Below are positions 10,707-22,740 of a DNA stretch of 64,000 nucleotides, one piece after another. The stretch covers positions 1 to 64,000 of the forward strand of contig NIVC01001950.1 of the NCBI GenBank assembly GCA_002269645.1. The letters run 5' to 3'. Position 1 is the stretch's first letter, and each line of letters starts with the position of its first letter. The position numbers and the translations under genes are program-made. This stretch comes from Macrostomum lignano. Lineage: Eukaryota. The notes under the pieces were generated by a model. That model was not told the DNA's origin and did no database searches. It saw only the letters and a list, made by a program, of their open reading frames with translations.

Positions 10707-11599
10707 CCGGTGAAGAGAGGCTAAGGTTTAAGTCAACAAGAGTTGCTCACTAGGAGCTGGCGCGGCGGCAGCAGCTGCACCTGCTGGCTGCTCACCGGCA
10801 TCGACTGCGTCCTGATCTGGCACGACGGCATCCCCGTCAGCCAATGACGCTGCGGCATGGTTGTCCCCGTTGTCGGACATTGTGCAAGATTGAGCGAGAT
10901 GAATGAACCAAGCGTGAACGAAAATAAGGCTCCAGAGAAAACGAATTGAGGTTGATGACGCGAGAGAGATGAGAGAGATTGCGTCCTACTAACAAAAATA
11001 CGTGCCTGACAGGGTCAAACCACAAAAAGCCTATAATAGGGGAAAGTCCCATCACGCAAACCACCCAGACTAACTGTCAGGCAATAGTCCCTACAAACAA
11101 TCAGCGCACAGCGTAACCTGGCGTGGCTTGGCACACGCAGCGGAGCTATCTTGGCAGAGCGTAAGCTCGAGCTCAACGCAGTTGACAGCGCGCGTTGCTC
11201 AGGGCGACGACCAGCGACGACCCGCGGATGACCAGCGACGACCGGTGACGATCAGGACCCCTTGGCCTGACGTGGCACAGGCTCTCACAGCCTTGCGGAC
11301 CGAACCTCAGGCGTGGCACAGGCTCTCGCAGCCTTGCGGACCAAACCTCAGGCGTGGCACAGGCAGGCAGGTGCTCGGTCACGAGCCGGCAGAGCTGAGC
11401 AGAAGTCTCGCTGGTGGCTGGTGCTTGGTTGCGAACTGGCAGGACTGAGACGAAGTCTTGATGGCGCTGATCTAGTTGCGAGCCGGCAGTGCTGAGTAGG
11501 CGTCTCGGTGGTGGCTGGTGCTTGGTTTCGAACTGGCAGGACTGAGACGAAGTCTTGATGGCGCTGATCTAGTTGCGAGCCGGCAGTGCTGAGTAGGCG

Positions 11600-11616
11600 T
11601 CTCGGTGGGACCTCCA
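11600..11616 (-). other. Primer-binding site complementary to the tRNA-Gln 3' end
   Basis: Plus strand TCTCGGTGGGACCTCCA equals the conserved 3' end of metazoan tRNA-Gln plus CCA (from recall). It lies 6 nt from the 5' LTR. Confidence 0.85.
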
Positions 11617-11622
11617 AAATTA

Positions 11623-12449
11623 TGTCACGTTATTGACGTAGCGGCTAGCTATGCGATGACCCTTAAAAGGGCCGTTTTAGTCCCAAAATAAGTTGAAGTC
11701 AATTCTTGTAAAGCGGATTTGTAGCGGAGCACTTGGCGATAAAGGCAGGGACTGCCGTAGTTGGTTTTATTGGTAGTATCAATATTAGGCTTGGTTAGAA
11801 TTTATGTCAATAAACAAACTATAGCTTTCTGGGCACTGGCGGCTGCAACAATGGTTTCTTTGAAGATAAATTGGATAGTCAGGTGACAGACGACGGTGCA
11901 ATGGCGATGTAACGTGATGAGCAATGGCAATGAGCACAGTGAAGGCAGTGAGACGCAGTAGGCAGGCAGATGAGCAGTGGCGAGGTTGGCGTCAACCGTG
12001 GCGTGAGGTAAGGAGGCTCGAGGCAGCCAGACAGAGAGAAGGAAAACAAGGCTAGACAAGGCTAGGCAAGCCAGACGGGACGGAGGACAAGCCTAAGGAG
12101 AGAAAACACAGAACACAAGAACAGGGACGAGTGAAACCCCCAGCCCGCCAGGCGAGGGTTAATAAAGAAGCGCAAAAGGGGGGGGTAGCGTAAGCACGAG
12201 TGATTTTCATCGGCTGGCGAGAGAACTTAAAATTATCGATCGTGCCAATTTTATACGGTCGCGAGAGAGGATAGCAAAATATACAGTGAATTAGAAATTG
12301 ACACAAAATCGTTGGGCACTACTACAAGTAAACGTCGCAATAAACAAATGGAAAAGTTTAGTTGAAACGGTGAACTGAAGGGTTGAAACTATGGAGAAAC
12401 AGCAGTCCAACGGCCTTTTTCGGGACCACCTTAAACTGACAACGTCACA
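11623..12449 (-). repeat. 5' LTR of the Gypsy element
   Basis: Direct repeat of 2505-3333, followed on the minus strand by the PBS. Confidence 0.95.
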
Positions 12450-14010
12450 CTAGTTTTCATTTTTAATACACTTATGAATTTTTTTACTGTTGTGTCCCTT
12501 TTTCACACTTTATATGCTACATTATATATATACTTGTTTCAAGACCAAGCAAAACAAAATATTTCGGCTACTGATACTAATGTCACTAGTGAGTATTTAT
12601 AACCTTTGGCTTGTAAAAATCTAAAAAAGAATTATATCTAAATTATATTCAGATTAAATATTAATATAATCTATATTAAACAAAAACTTTTTAAACCTAA
12701 CAGGCAACAGGCAACATACATGTATAAAATACAACAGACTGACATGCTTTGCATCCTAAATTAAAAGAATGGTAGTCTTCATTAACCGAGATCAAATGCT
12801 ATCGCTTGATCTTGTGATGCAAAAATGACGCTTTTCCTGTCTCCGCATCCGCACTGTTATTTTTGATGGATATTAGCCTCCAAAAATTATAAAATTGCAC
12901 GGCGAATGCCGCGAATGTACTGCCTGAGGTCTTGAGAAAGTGTCTGAATAATTTTACTTTACTCTAGAACTGTATTAAATGCATGACAATTCATAAAAAC
13001 AATTAGGCTGCATTCTCATATGAACTTTAAAAATCATAAATTTACGATACATTAAATGAAAAGTAACTGAGTTCTTGTTGTCAACAGCTACGGAAAACAC
13101 TAACAAAACTGAACTTACCTTTCGATTTTTTTACTCGTCCATGATAAAAGCAGGGGAGTTTTTAAGTTTTATTACAATACATAAAACATTTAAGACTTTT
13201 TTACCAGAAAAAATGTATCTAAGGTGGCACAACAGTTAAACTTTCAAATATAGATTCTTTTTTAATAATTACGATACGTCGAAACGGTACCGGTATAATT
13301 GATCTTCGACTTCAATGACAATAAATATGACAGGAACTAAATGTGCTTCACCCGAAGTGTTACAAAAGATTACTAAGTGTTCAATATTAGCACTGCTAGA
13401 CTCAAACCGTGCCAAAACAAAAACAAACCAAAAAAAACACAGACCATGAGTGATGAGTGCATGACTTCATGAGAGTTACCAATTTAGGCCTGCAACTGCC
13501 ACATTAATGGACTGCCACATCGCTAACTTGCAGGCGGTTGAGCTTGCTGCTGATATTGGCAGCAGTGTGAGCTGTGAGCGCGTGCATGCAAGGAGCCTAC
13601 CTGTGCTGTGCATCTTAGTATTAAGGCTATTGGCTAACCCGATAATAAATCAATTTGGCTTATGAGTGGCTCTCCAATGCATTATCACCAGCTTAATCAC
13701 TTAAATTCTACAAACCCAAAATGAGCTACTGATTTAAAGTACTATGATTACAGACGAAGTATGAATGCTAATACTAAATTTTAAAAAATCATTTCCACCG
13801 TTTTTATTTATGTTCGAATAAATAATACTTTTTACTCTTTCAATACTACTTTTCTAATCCGCGTATTTTCATCGCTTAAACTTAATAATCCTCTAATTTT
13901 AATAGTAATAATCCTTACCATAATTTAATGTTGTTCACTTAAATGCTAATTTTTGGTCTTCTGCCTTTTCTGCTTTTTTTACACCCACAATACTTACATC
14001 AAGAAAATAT

Positions 14011-14085
14011 TTTGTCTAGCAAGATTCGAACCTCAAACCTTCCAATTTCAAGTCAGGCGCACTGGCCACTCGACCAATTTTTAGC
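14011..14085 (-). other. tRNA-like / SINE-head remnant
   Basis: Minus strand has A-box TGGTCGAGTGG and B-box GGTTCGAATC at tRNA spacing, but the stems pair poorly. Confidence 0.4.
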
Positions 14086-15039
14086 GGTGTCTATTTTTAG
14101 CACTGAGAATTCCCAGACTTCTCATTCCCGTCCGCGGGTGCACTCGACCCCAGCCTACACGGACCAATAGCAGCGTTCCTTGGCATATCTAGCGTACTAT
14201 CACTGTGCGCACTGTGTGGACTCTCTAGGCTAGCCTGTGTGGGTCCACACGTGGACTCACTGGCTAGCCAGGTATTTTTTGTGTAGTGGATTGTCTGGCT
14301 AGCCCACGGCCGTTAGGTGACGAGAGAGCAGAAGGGGGAAGGGTCCAGAGAGCGCACGGGGGAGGAGTGCGGCTAACTAGACTAGCGTACTCTGAGCGAT
14401 CGTACGCGGCAGGCCAGGCAACAACAGTACAGGCAAGCGCCAAATTTGGCGGCTTCCGCTAACTAACCCTAGGCTAGGCAAACTTCCTAAATTCCTAAGT
14501 TAAGGATTGCGCCATATTGTGCAACTTCTGAGCGCTAAGGAAGGCTGCTTAGAGTGCATGGAGGCAGCAGAAAAATTCCTATTCCAGATACTAGCAGCGG
14601 ACAACAGTGCCTAAGATGTGACTGCGGCCCTATGCTTGCAGCAGAAGGCTGCGGCCACATCACGAGTAAATATATAACTTATACCATATACTGCCACTAC
14701 CAGCCATTACGACTGAAAGTTGTGTGTATAGATAAGTTTAAATTTAACTACCTGAACTACAGCTGTCTGAGCTACTTGAACTATGGCCTTACAGCTGATA
14801 ATGCAAAAACATTATCAAATGTCTACGAGTAAAATAGGGCTAAAAATTATAAATGATTTTGACGATTTCCAAGTGCAGTTTTAGCATACACAGTACTTTA
14901 GCATACAGTAACACACAAGTTGGTGTACAGTATCTATAGCTAGATAAATGTATGTCCAAGGTACAATTTACTATCGCTATATGTATTGTTAATTGCACGC
15001 ACGTATTCACTTTTGTCATGCGATCATTTAAATGGTGAA

Positions 15040-15585
15040 ATTATATGTAGATGATCGCAAGACGAAACCGAAAGCGCTTGTAGGTTTCGAATTACGATCA
15101 CATTAATGTTAAAATTGTACTGTAGGGATCGTATGACGAAATATTAGGAAGTTGTCGCTATAATGGATGTTGTTTCAACTAAACAATCAATTGCAGCTAG
15201 CCTCTACGATATGTCCGCGGGCAGAAAGCCGAGTCCCTGTGGCGCACATGAGAAGAGCTTTTTTACTAAAACTGTAATACAACCTTTTCGGGCGCGCGGC
15301 CCCCCCCCCTCACTTTCGTCTTACGATCCCCCAGTTCATTGGACCTGTGTTATACCAAGGGGTGATCGTATGATGAAAGTTAGGGGGGGGGGGCGTGGCG
15401 TGCGAATTTATAACAAATAGTTTTAAGATACGATGATCAGTTAATATATTAATCAGTTAATATACGTAGCAATCCATTCACTTTCGTCATACGATCCCTC
15501 CAATACAATTCTACTAATGCGGTAATCGTAATTCGAAACCTACAAGCTCTTTCGGTTTCGTCTTGCGATCATCTGCATAAAATTT
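15040..15585. mobile_element. MITE-like element with ~100-bp outer inverted repeats and a nested inner inverted repeat
   Basis: 15043-15141 is the reverse complement of 15482-15580. Inner IR 15300-15332 / 15358-15392. Confidence 0.7.
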
Positions 15586-15850
15586 AGGGTGCATACGCAC
15601 ACTCTGCGCACAAAAAAACCCTGCTCCTCACCTCTGGCCCGCTGTCATCAGGACTCCTCGCTTCACTTAGGGGCCCAACGAAGCAGACCCAGTCATGAGT
15701 TGGGTTCTCAATCAAGGTAAAAAGAACAACCAAGCAGTGACGGGACAGAGAAAGAAGAAAGGAATAAGGCTCTTAAAGAAGGGAGCACAAGCAATTTGCA
15801 AACCCCTACTGTAAATTCTTTATTCTTACATCTACATTGATCTCTAGGGT

Positions 15851-16039
15851 GTGGATAGCAACGGTACCGCCCTCTTGTTCCGGCTTGTACCCTTAGCTCC
15901 CAAGACAGAAATTGTTAACAATTTGACGGCAGTGTCGCTCCTGGGCAGCGCCTTTCTAGCTAGCACTCATGCTATTATAGATTATAGGACTGAGAAAGTT
16001 AATTTATTAGGAGTTAGTCTCCCGTTCGACCCCTGCTGA
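15851..16039 (+). pseudogene. Retroelement aspartic protease C-terminal fragment
   Basis: LLGSAFLASTHAIIDYRTEKV resembles the ILGxDFL...AxID protease C-terminal motif. Confidence 0.45.
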
Positions 16040-16369
16040 GTGGCAGAATGGTAGTCAGCCCATGATTACTTGATCCCCTCCCAATTAGCGTATTGAAAGT
16101 TTGCTCGTGTTAAATACCGCCTTTCGCATATTTATGTACGCTTTCCATTATGTTCCATTTATAGCTCAAAAATTAGGCCCGTACGGTATGTTTATTCCCT
16201 GTAAGTCAATATTATCTTGGAAACCAGAATAATATCTATCGGTCTGCTCTGCAGGAGGTCTTACCCAGCTGTTTAAAATTTTGTAGGAACAATAAAAGTT
16301 GGACTGTTAAAATTAGCACATTTCAGTTTAATTTCTCGTGTTTGTTCGCACCCCTTAGGTCAGTGCGAA

Positions 16370-17430
16370 ATTCTCTATTCTCTCCTCTATTGTCTCGACC
16401 CTCTCTCCTAATTTTTATTTCCTGTCTTACCTCCTCGTCTTATTTCTCATCTGTACTCTCCTTTACCATCTCTCTCTTTTCCCAACTCTCCCAACCCTTC
16501 TCTCAACTTTTTTCCCTTTACTCTTTTACCTCTCCTCTCTACTCTCTCCTCCCTCTCATCTCTCACCTCTCGTGCTCTCCCATCTCTCTTCTCCTTTCTA
16601 CTCTCTCCCTACTCTCTACTCTCTCCTCTCCCTTCCCCTCTCTTCCTGTCCTCTCGATTCTCCCCCTTTATTCTCCTTTCTCCTCCACTCCATTTCTCTC
16701 CAATTGTCTCATGTCTGCTCTCACATATTTTCTTTCCTCTCCTCTCTTCTCTCACATCTCGTCTTCTCTCTCCTCTTTGGTCTCCTCTGTCCATCACTCC
16801 TCTCTGACTCTCTCTGTCTTTCCTCTCTTTCTGCTCAATCATCTCTACTCTCTTCTATCTGATCTCTACTTTCTCCTATCTACTCTCATTTCTCTCATCT
16901 CTCACATCTCTCTCATCTCTCCCTCTTCTCACCTCTACCCTTTTTCTCTCCCCTCCTCTCACTTCTCCTCTCCTCTCACAGTAAAATATATATAAACCAA
17001 CGGAGTTTTTATGACGGGGATCTGCCGGGAAAAGTAAATATGAAGTTCTTTCTTGGCCAAAAGCATTTAGAATGTTAGTAAATCAACTTTGTTTTTGCAT
17101 TCATTACGATTGCATTCATTACGAGGTTTCAGGATGGGCCCCCATCCTGAAACCTCTTAACGCGCTCCTGCGCCCCCCTATATGTTCTCTAAACTCTCCT
17201 CTGTACTCTTTTCCTTACCCTCTTTTGACTCCTCTCTTTCCTCTCTCCTCTCTTCTCTTCTTTTCTATTCCCTCTTCTATACTCTCTCCCTCTCTTCTCT
17301 CCTCTTACATCTCCTTTCATCTCTCTTATCTTTACAAACTTATCTTTTCTCTCTTCCCTTTACTCTCTCCTCTCTCCTTTCTCCTTCCTCTCTTTTCTCT
17401 CCTATTTTCTATTCGATATATATTCTTTCT
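16370..17430. repeat. CT-rich low-complexity tracts (two blocks)
   Basis: Degenerate (CT)n/(CCT)n at 16370-16980 and 17190-17430. Confidence 0.85.
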
Positions 17431-18539
17431 TATTTTCTAACTTATGTCAGTTACGAGCTCGTACATGTACTTGTATCTGTAAATGTATTTAAGAGGTTCG
17501 GCTTATTTTGACGAGATAAAAATACTTGCATCTCATCTGTGCAAATTTTCCGCAGTGCACAAAGAGTACAATTAATATTTGCGTAAATAAATCTGAGGCT
17601 TCATGCTAAGTGCTGCATGCAAAGTCATTATAGTGAGTTATTTATTTACGAGCCAGATTGTTATTATGGTTACCAACTAGAACTGCTAGCTAAAAAAGTT
17701 TAAATTGAAAAAAGATTGCAACGAAAAATAACGATATGGCTGTTTTTAGGTGAGCTGTTTTATATAGATAGATTTTTATCTCCATGCAAGCCAGTCAGTT
17801 ATTTAGACTATTTATGACTTCCAATCGCATCGTATCAGTTCAGGCCAAAAAAATGTTGCTCTAGGGTTGGCTTGAGTGTAACGATCCGTGAGGTACCACC
17901 ACCACTACGGGAGCAGTGTGAGGACTGTTTAACCATAAATTAACTCTGCTCATTCAAGCTTAAATTGACAGCAACCCCGCCTACCTTTTGTATTCAACTT
18001 AAACAACAGAATACGACTCGTATGTGAATAGAAGTGGAAATAAAAAGCTAAAAAACTGCATCAGTTGCCACCCATTCACGATATTCCATATTATTTCTAG
18101 ATAACATCTGATTGACAAGAGCTTGTAGCTTGTAGCAATGAATAAATTGTTTTTCTATGAAATATTTCATCAGGCCTGTTCTGCGAACCTGGGCGCAATA
18201 GGTATCTCATATCTGCATTTTAATAGCTCGTATACGTAGCTCATATTAGGCATGATAGGATGATAATGAATTACGGAGGCAAAAGTGCACTGGGTCACAT
18301 ATACATGCGGTGACTAGCCCAAGTAAAGGCTGCTTGCTCTGTAAGTGCGACGCAATGAACCCCCACCATCCCAAATTTGAGCATTATCTGGCTAGAAATG
18401 TGGTGATTCTTAAATATGCTCCAGGGCTATATTGGGTGCAGCAACTAAGTAAGTGCGGATTTTTTTTGGCTTTTTTAACTCGTTATGATCTGAAATGGCG
18501 ACAAGGTACGGGCGGTTTGGGTAGTTGATGAGTTTTTAG

Positions 18540-19468
18540 GCCTCCTCATCTGCAGGCTGTTGTACCTGCCAGACAGACTGAGTGTGCAGATGGCTGCATG
18601 CCCTTAGAAAAGCCGCAATTGAAAGTGTAATTTCTCTAACTAAGATGTCTGCAATGCGTCTCGAAGGCAGCATTCACTCGTGCGTACCTGGCATGCACCT
18701 GCTGGTGATGAGTAACAGACTGGCCCCCGTGAACTTGCTGCTGTAGCCGTTGCACCCGTTCATCATCACGCTGTAGCAGGTCCAGCAGAAGGCAGAAGTT
18801 CGCATGGACGGCAAGCATGGAATCGAGAGAAGCATGCGTACAACCAACTGAACTGCTGGAACAGTGGAATACTGCACCTGAAGGCCAAGAGATAAACGCT
18901 TAGTGCAGCGATAGTACTTGTTGCCATTTCGCCGCGTTTTTTCATCCATCAGATGGCCAAGGTCTCGTTAGGCACACTGCACTAGAAGGTCTTTTCCGTG
19001 ACTGCATCCTGCACCTGTAAGAATCTCAAAGGGCTGGGGAGGTGGGCTGCGGGGTGGTGCAAGCTCTGCTGGAGGAATTTGAAGGGATTCTTCCAGAGCT
19101 GGATCAGGGTCATTGAAATCTGGATAATGGTACATAAAATATTCCGCTTGTGCCGGAATCAGATGCACTGGTTCTGAATTTTCAGCAGGCAGAGGAACAG
19201 CCGCTGGTCCAGAATTCGGGGCTAGTACATGTACCACTGCAGCATCTGCAGCTTGAGACACTGCTAAGTTACCTGCGGAAGCCCGTCTATTGCATTGATT
19301 GCAAAGCCAGAAAAACTCATCGACATTTCTCATTGCAGAATACCGATCGATTGTGATGCGACTATTACATGCATGGTGCTGCCAATTCAAGCATTGAGAA
19401 CACTCAATTGCTTCTTGTCCATCGCAAACTGGCTGCAGACAGACCACACATGGATATGCACCTGCCAT
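18540..19468 (-). pseudogene. Deleted Mutator-like (MULE) transposase with N-terminal PHD finger and FLYWCH-like segment
   Basis: C4HC3 PHD: CVVC...IECSQCLNWQHHAC...WLCNQC. Then GKDLLV..RRNGNKYYRCTKR (FLYWCH-like) and LLDLLQRDDERV..G..Y (MULE C-terminal-like). Stops and deletions present. Confidence 0.6.
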
Positions 19469-20379
19469 TTTGTATCTAAGTGCTTAGACTGCTGTCAGTG
19501 AATGAAACAGATAAATTTCGAACAAAGCATGATATATACCCAGTTTTTATCCCTTTAAACAAGTAAATTAGTCTCGACCAATAAGAGAAACTAAAAAAGC
19601 TGCACCTGATTTTATATGAAAAAGAGATTTGTTTAATACGAAATATGTTTACACCTCTTAGGAGCCTACTGTAAGTAGGAAATTAAGACTCGTAACCATT
19701 TTTGTCTCTAACCCTACAATATACTAATAAAATTTTGACTGCCTGTCGAACCCCCCCCCCCTCATTGCAACCCCACATCTCCCCACCCGAAGCTATCCAG
19801 TAAAAAACCAGTTGTCATTTTCCGTGACCCCACCCCAGCTGTGGCCATCTTAAGGTCATCTTAAAGTCTTGCAAATAGGAATTTTATAGAACTAATTAAT
19901 TATTTGTCTCGCAATTTGCGGAAGTTCTAATCTTAACTAGTTATCCAGGAGGAGCGCGTTTATTTCTCTTGGCCCAATCCGGGCTCCTATTTTTGCTAAC
20001 TGTTAGGCTTGATTAAAACAAAATTGAATATTTTTACGAATAACAACATTTAAACAATTTCTTTTTCGCGTAAATTTGAATGTGCATGTTTCATAGAATA
20101 TTGCTCATGCATAGAAAGATTAGAATACTATTTTCAGGCACGATATCAATATGTATAGATTTAGCAAAAAGTGATTTAGAGAAACCCAAAAGCAAAGTTT
20201 ACAGCCTAATAACTCAATTTATTTTCAACCCAATTAACCCGATTAGTTAAGAGCAATTTGGGGGCTGGAAAAGTTAAAGCCCACCCCAGGAGTTGAGCAT
20301 AGGACCACCTTGTTTTAATTGTCTCAATTTGCTTGTTTATTTGTTTGTAAATTGTTTGTAAAGTTTGTAAATTTGTTTT

Positions 20380-22740
20380 AATTTAAGGAAACTGGCGCGA
20401 AAGCGCCCAAGGCGGAGGAGAGCAAGTGCCATGGAAACAACCTCTTGCTATTTCTAACCCTACGCCAGGTCCTGGTGTATGTGTATGTGCGTGTGACTGC
20501 GAATGTGTATTAAGTTGCGTGCAATGCCTCTGCTAGCATTACTGCGCAGCCTAAGGTACATTGCCTCAATATTGATGTATCTCCTCATGTCATTATCATA
20601 ATTATTATGTTGTTATGTCATTCCCATGAAGTATAAAATTTTAAAATTCCCTAATGATTTTTTTCAAAAATTTTTCAAAAGAAAAAGTTTTTTCAGTGTT
20701 TCTTCTGCACGCCTTACCAAGCGCGGTGATCAACTGCAAATCATTTTTGACAGCGAAAGCGACGCTGGCCTAGTTAACCAGCCGAGCAGCATGACACTGC
20801 ATTGCAGCTGGCGTGTGCGATTTTTATTATTAAATGGTGTTTTATTCATATACTCATGTTTTATATTCATATTGAATCGATTTATATTCGTTTACATTGT
20901 TATTAGATTTATACGAGCATACACGGCCCTTGTATACTTTATCGACAATGGTAATACCAAGCAGGTGCCACAGGAACTTGTGGTCCACAGGTGCTACAGG
21001 AACCTGTGTCCGACGGGTGCCACAGGAGGTAGTTTAACGCCTTGCCTGGGGTGTGAGCTTGTGGCCTACTGGTGCCTCGGGGACCTGTGGCCGACAGGTG
21101 CCACAGGAGGTAGTTTAACGCCTTGCCCGGGGCGTAACAGCAAACTATTGCTTGCTCCCCCACTGCTGGAGCAGGTCGGACACCTGGCAAGTCCGATACC
21201 TGACGGGCGGGCGGATAGGGCGCCCGTACCTAGACCTGGGTTCTGCGGCTGGGGCCGGTAGGTCAACCGCTGGTGCGGCGGCTGGGTTCGCAACAGGCTC
21301 GGGTGGCTCTATTGGCTTAAGGGCCGGCAGGGAAAACTCCCCTAGGGAAGCTGTGCGAAACGATTCCGAGCTTTCTTGGCTGTGGCTGGTGTCAGTGTCG
21401 GTTCTGTCGGCGCTGGCTTGTCCCTCAATGACTACAGCATCGCCGGCTTCGGCGATTGGTTGTCCCTCCCCAGCTCATGCTCCCGCCTCTCCTCAGAAGC
21501 GCCTGAAGCTGGCGATGGTGGTTTAGGTTCTGACTCTGCTTGGGCTTCCCGGCCGGGCAGAGGGAGGCTGAGGAATGGTCACGAGGCTGGGCTCGTTTGT
21601 AGACTTGCTGTAGCTGGAGGAGCTGTCACTAGGAGGTGATAAAGATCTGGCATGGACTGCCTGTCAATCACATCTTGGTAGGTGGGCTGTCTAATGCACG
21701 GCTTGAGGCGGTCAATATTGTAAATGTTGTGGCGTAGATTTGGCACCCTATCTGCCGGGTTTAGGAGTCCATACTCTGAGACCAAGCGGTAGGTCCGCTC
21801 TGAGCAGCGCTGCACTAATCGGTATGGCCCCAACCACACAGTGGGTTTAATGCCTTTGTGATTCGGGTTCAAGACCCAGACTAATTCACCTTCGTGAAAC
21901 TCAGCGCGGAGGGCGTGACGGTCGTAATACGAGTATCTCTGCCTTTCTTGAGCTTTGCCCCTAGTGTGGCTAGGGCAGAGACTTCGACTAAGGTGCGATG
22001 CAGTTAATGGGCATACCTCTCCGGCTGATAGTGCTCGTTAGCCGGTGGATTGTGACAAAGGTCGAGTGGTAATTCGAACTCGCCCGAAGAAAAGCTTGAC
22101 TGGCGTGAACCCGGTGGATTCTGTAACCGTGGCACGAACTGACATATCGGCCAGGCGGCTGGCAAGTGGCACAGATCTTAAAGCCTCTCAAGACAGATGG
22201 CTTCAAGATCTGTGGCTTCACCGTCTGGATCATTCTCTCAGCCTTTCCATTAGCCTGAGGACGGCGGGCTGTTATACGGCCCATATCAACTTGTAAGAGC
22301 CTAGTCAGTTCTGCCATAGTGGTATTGATGAAGGCTGTCCCGTTGTCAGATACCAGCTGCTCCATCACACCGTACCTGGCTATCCAACGCCTGGACGGTA
22401 CTGGACTGTGAAATCATACTCTGCGATTCGTTTCAGGGTGGACTGTTGGACTTTTAGCGGGTAGAGCTCGATGGTGGCAAGCCATTAGGCCAGCATACCG
22501 GTGGCATGCTTCTTAGAGTGCAGCCATTTTAGCGCGGCTGCGTCTTCCCGGACAGTAAAAGGCTTACTAACAGATAAGGACGGAAGTGCTCGAGCATCAG
22601 GACGAGCCCTAGCAACTCCCTCATGGTGGCGCAGTAGTTTCTCTGGCTACTATTAAACTTCTTGGATGCGTAAGCTATGACTTGCTCTGAACCATATGTC
22701 CCTAGCTGATACAGCACACCCCCTGTGCCATCAAGCGAGC
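20380..22740 (-). pseudogene. Degenerate, internally deleted relative of the Gypsy element (RNase H, integrase and 3' region fragments)
   Basis: Collinear nucleotide similarity to 4200-6360 and 7280-7640. Peptides MMEQLVSDNGTAF, WLGPYRLVQRCSERTY and YCATMRELLGLV. Deletion junction near 22385. No LTRs recognised. Confidence 0.9.

Larger units (their letters stand above)
2505..12449 (-). mobile_element. Full-length Ty3/Gypsy LTR retrotransposon, recently inserted
   Basis: Two near-identical ~828-bp LTRs (2505-3333, 11623-12449) with TG...CA ends (TGTCACGTT...AACGTCACA). 4-bp TSD CTAG at 2501-2504 and 12450-12453. PBS, PPT and a single gag-pol ORF in PR-RT-RH-IN order. Confidence 0.97.

Noticed and set aside
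14011-14085. Functional tRNA gene
   Set aside because: A and B boxes are present but acceptor and T stems do not pair. Kept only as a tRNA-like remnant.
16342-17511. S/L/F/P-rich ORFs
   Set aside because: CT-rich low-complexity sequence.
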